From a virus (Duplodnaviria; Heunggongvirae; Uroviricota; Caudoviricetes): a stretch of 47,462 nucleotides of DNA. Position numbers and translations under genes: made by a program. The stretch spans positions 1-47,462 of IMG/VR virus record IMGVR_UViG_3300020109_000007. One strand, 5' to 3'. The notes below the pieces were generated by a model. That model saw only the letters and a program-made list of their open reading frames with translations, had not been told where the DNA came from and ran no database searches. This document shows positions 45,476 through 47,462 of the stretch, in pieces; the stretch's first letter is position 1, and each line of letters starts with the position of its first letter.

Positions 45476-47241
45476 ATGCCGAATGTAATAGCCTTAGCCG
45501 CCTGACGAAGCAGAGGGTACTTTTTCTTCACTTCTTCAACTGGGCAGTCTAGCTGAAAGACCATCTTAGCAATGGTACTGTGAAAGTCGCCTCCCTGTTT
45601 GAATACCTCCATAAGAGTTTTGTCTTTGGAGAGAACCGCAGCAACATAAACTTCTGCGGTGGTCAAGTCCATAGATACGATCTTGTAACCAGGCTTTGCT
45701 TTGATACAACCCTTAACAGCGGCAGTAAATCCAGGAATCTTTACTCCATCTACTTCCTTTGTATTATCACGAGGAAGCTGCTGCATGTTTAGCTTGCCTG
45801 ATGAAGACAGACGACCTGAGGTAGTAGAATGTAGATTGAAGTTAGTTCGAAGTCTGCAGTCTCGGTCTAGCTGAGGAAGAATTTTATCTAGGTATGTATT
45901 CTTAATCTTAGACTTCTTGCGAATATCTAAAATAAGTCCAGGTACCGGATGCTCTTCTGCAAGCTCCTCTAGAACTTCTGCATCCGTAGAATCTTTTCCT
46001 GTATCCGTCTTCTTACCAGTCGGAGTTAATTTCAAATGGTCGAACAGCAAGCTTCTAAGCTGCATGACAGATCCAGGGTTAAACTCCTTGCCTTGAGCCT
46101 CTTCAAACTGACGAATAATAGGATTCTGATACATCTTAGCAACAGCTTCGTCAATATCTGTCTGCATCATGATCTGCGCCTTCTTTAGGCGATCTCGATC
46201 AAAAGGTACCCCATTATCTTGGATTTGTTCTAGAAAAGTACTTCCAGGAATAAGAATATTATCGTAGACCCACAGGAGTCTCTTGTTCTTCAAGATTGCA
46301 GGCTTAAGTTGACAGTAGATAAGAAACGTAACTACAGAGTCAATAGCAGCGTAGATCTTAATAATGTCAAAAGGAATAAGATCGAAGGTAAAGTCGTCCT
46401 TTAGGATACCGTGCTTCTTACGGTAATCCTCAATGAACTCGTACATTGGCTTTTCATAGTCGCCGTACTTGGTCATCTTCAATGCTAGTTGCTTTAGACC
46501 ATGATTGCCTGGATTTTCATCAATTAGGTAGTGCAGAAGCATGGTATCTTCATACACTGGAAAAGACCAGCCAAAATGAAAGGACAACATTCCACGGTCG
46601 AACTTCGCGTTGTGAAAGACTACCGTCTTTTTATTCCAGAGTTCCTGCAGTAGTGCAGAGACGGCTTCTGTAATGCAGTCTGAGCTGATATATGCTCCAT
46701 GATCTCTCTCATAGCAGAGACTGATTCCCAGGACATATCCATCTCTCGGATAGAGGCAAGTAGTTTCAGAGTCAAGGGCGACAAAGGGGTTGGGTGAGTC
46801 GATTGCGGCCTGGACGTAAGATAACGCTTCCTCCTCCGTCGTAATTCCGTAAAATCTATCTGTGTCATACCCCATTACCTTTTGTTCGCCAGTTACATAA
46901 GCTGTAAGACTCTCTCTAGAGTCTTGCCAGAGTTTGTTTGCTTCTGGCTTAAATGTAATCATCGCAGGGTTAATAATAGGAATGAACTTCTCATTCACTA
47001 CCTTACCACTGTAATCAGATATGGAACCGTTCTTAGTGTAGTACTTAAAAGCGTCAGCACCAACTAGAATAATCCACTCATAATCGTCTACATTCAGCTC
47101 AATATCTACATCCTTCTTTAGAACCTTCTTGAGTGTAGCGTCTGAACATAGAGCAAATCGGTCGAACTCAAACTTGTGCTCGAAAGCAGCTGCAAAATCC
47201 GTTCTGCTTGGTTTGGTTTCGACCAAGGCTATCTTAGCCAT
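45476..47241 (-). CDS. polA: DNA polymerase (family A), exon 1: N-terminal accessory domain, 3'-5' exonuclease, motif A and the first half of motif B
   Basis: ALDSETT, FHNAKFD, YAAID, TSGRLSSS, MDLTTAEV, DFHSTIA, RQAAKAITFG; spliced ORF = 1766+616 nt = 793 aa. Confidence 0.95.
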
Positions 47242-47461
47242 ATAATTTCTCCTTTAATTTGAGCACTTGTTGGGCTGTCAACTCACCCGGATCATTCATG
47301 CTACTAGGCAATGTAATAGTCCTAGTTATAAGTTCAAGAGACTCAGCTAACTGAATAACTTTCTCTGTGGCTTTCTCGCCCGCCTCGTCTTTATCAAACA
47401 GTATATCTATACCTATAACCCCCTGAACCTTAAGAAGAGTAAGCTTATCCTTTGTAACTTG
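47234..47461 (-). CDS. DNA primase C-terminus (partial)
   Basis: ...IDILFDKDEAGEKA...NDPGEL...KLYG*, Toprim DxD; overlaps the polymerase start as in T5-like phages. Confidence 0.8.
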   Translation of the reverse strand, partial: QVTKDKLTLLKVQGVIGIDILFDKDEAGEKATEKVIQLAESLELITRTITLPSSMNDPGELTAQQVLKLKEKLYG

Positions 47462-47462
47462 A

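Noticed and set aside
43937-47241. Split, pseudogenised or intein-containing polymerase
   Set aside because: No intein C/S...HN termini; exon 1 hits a stop and group I intron elements explain the interruption with exact frame restoration.
1-47462. tRNA, rRNA, CRISPR array, integrase or IS element
   Set aside because: None recognised; intergenic gaps are short and accounted for by promoters, terminators or the intron. tRNAscan was not run.

Overview
About 47 kb of a lytic, T5-like siphophage genome, with gene order and protein families matching T5/Demerecviridae-type phages. The host is probably an alphaproteobacterium (inferred from an RcGTA-type head-spike module). The + strand (1-32.2 kb) carries the packaging, head, tail and lysis genes: terS, terL, HNH nickase, portal, a fused prohead protease-major capsid ORF, head/tail completion, tail tube, tail chaperones, a 2011-aa tape measure, Dit, hub, central fibre and an N-acetylmuramidase endolysin. 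The - strand (32.2-47.5 kb) carries the replication/recombination genes: primase end, family A DNA polymerase, PhoH, D10-like helicase, SSB, SbcD/SbcC-like nucleases, resolvase, flap endonuclease and NrdA/NrdB. The two blocks converge on a bidirectional terminator. Main points of interest: (1) a group I intron splitting polymerase motif B, with P1/P10-supported splice sites and a two-motif LAGLIDADG endonuclease that has its own apparently leaderless promoter; (2) an RcGTA-like head-spike base plus a 1032-aa fibre carrying a compositionally foreign, putative clan GH-A glycoside hydrolase; (3) a protease-capsid fusion with an in-frame internal start that would regenerate a T5-sized capsid precursor; (4) a probable +1 (UUU-CGU) frameshift in the tail chaperone; (5) a family of sigma70-type promoters, several embedded in hairpins. 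No database searches were run: all family assignments come from motif recognition and synteny, and composition statements are estimates by eye.
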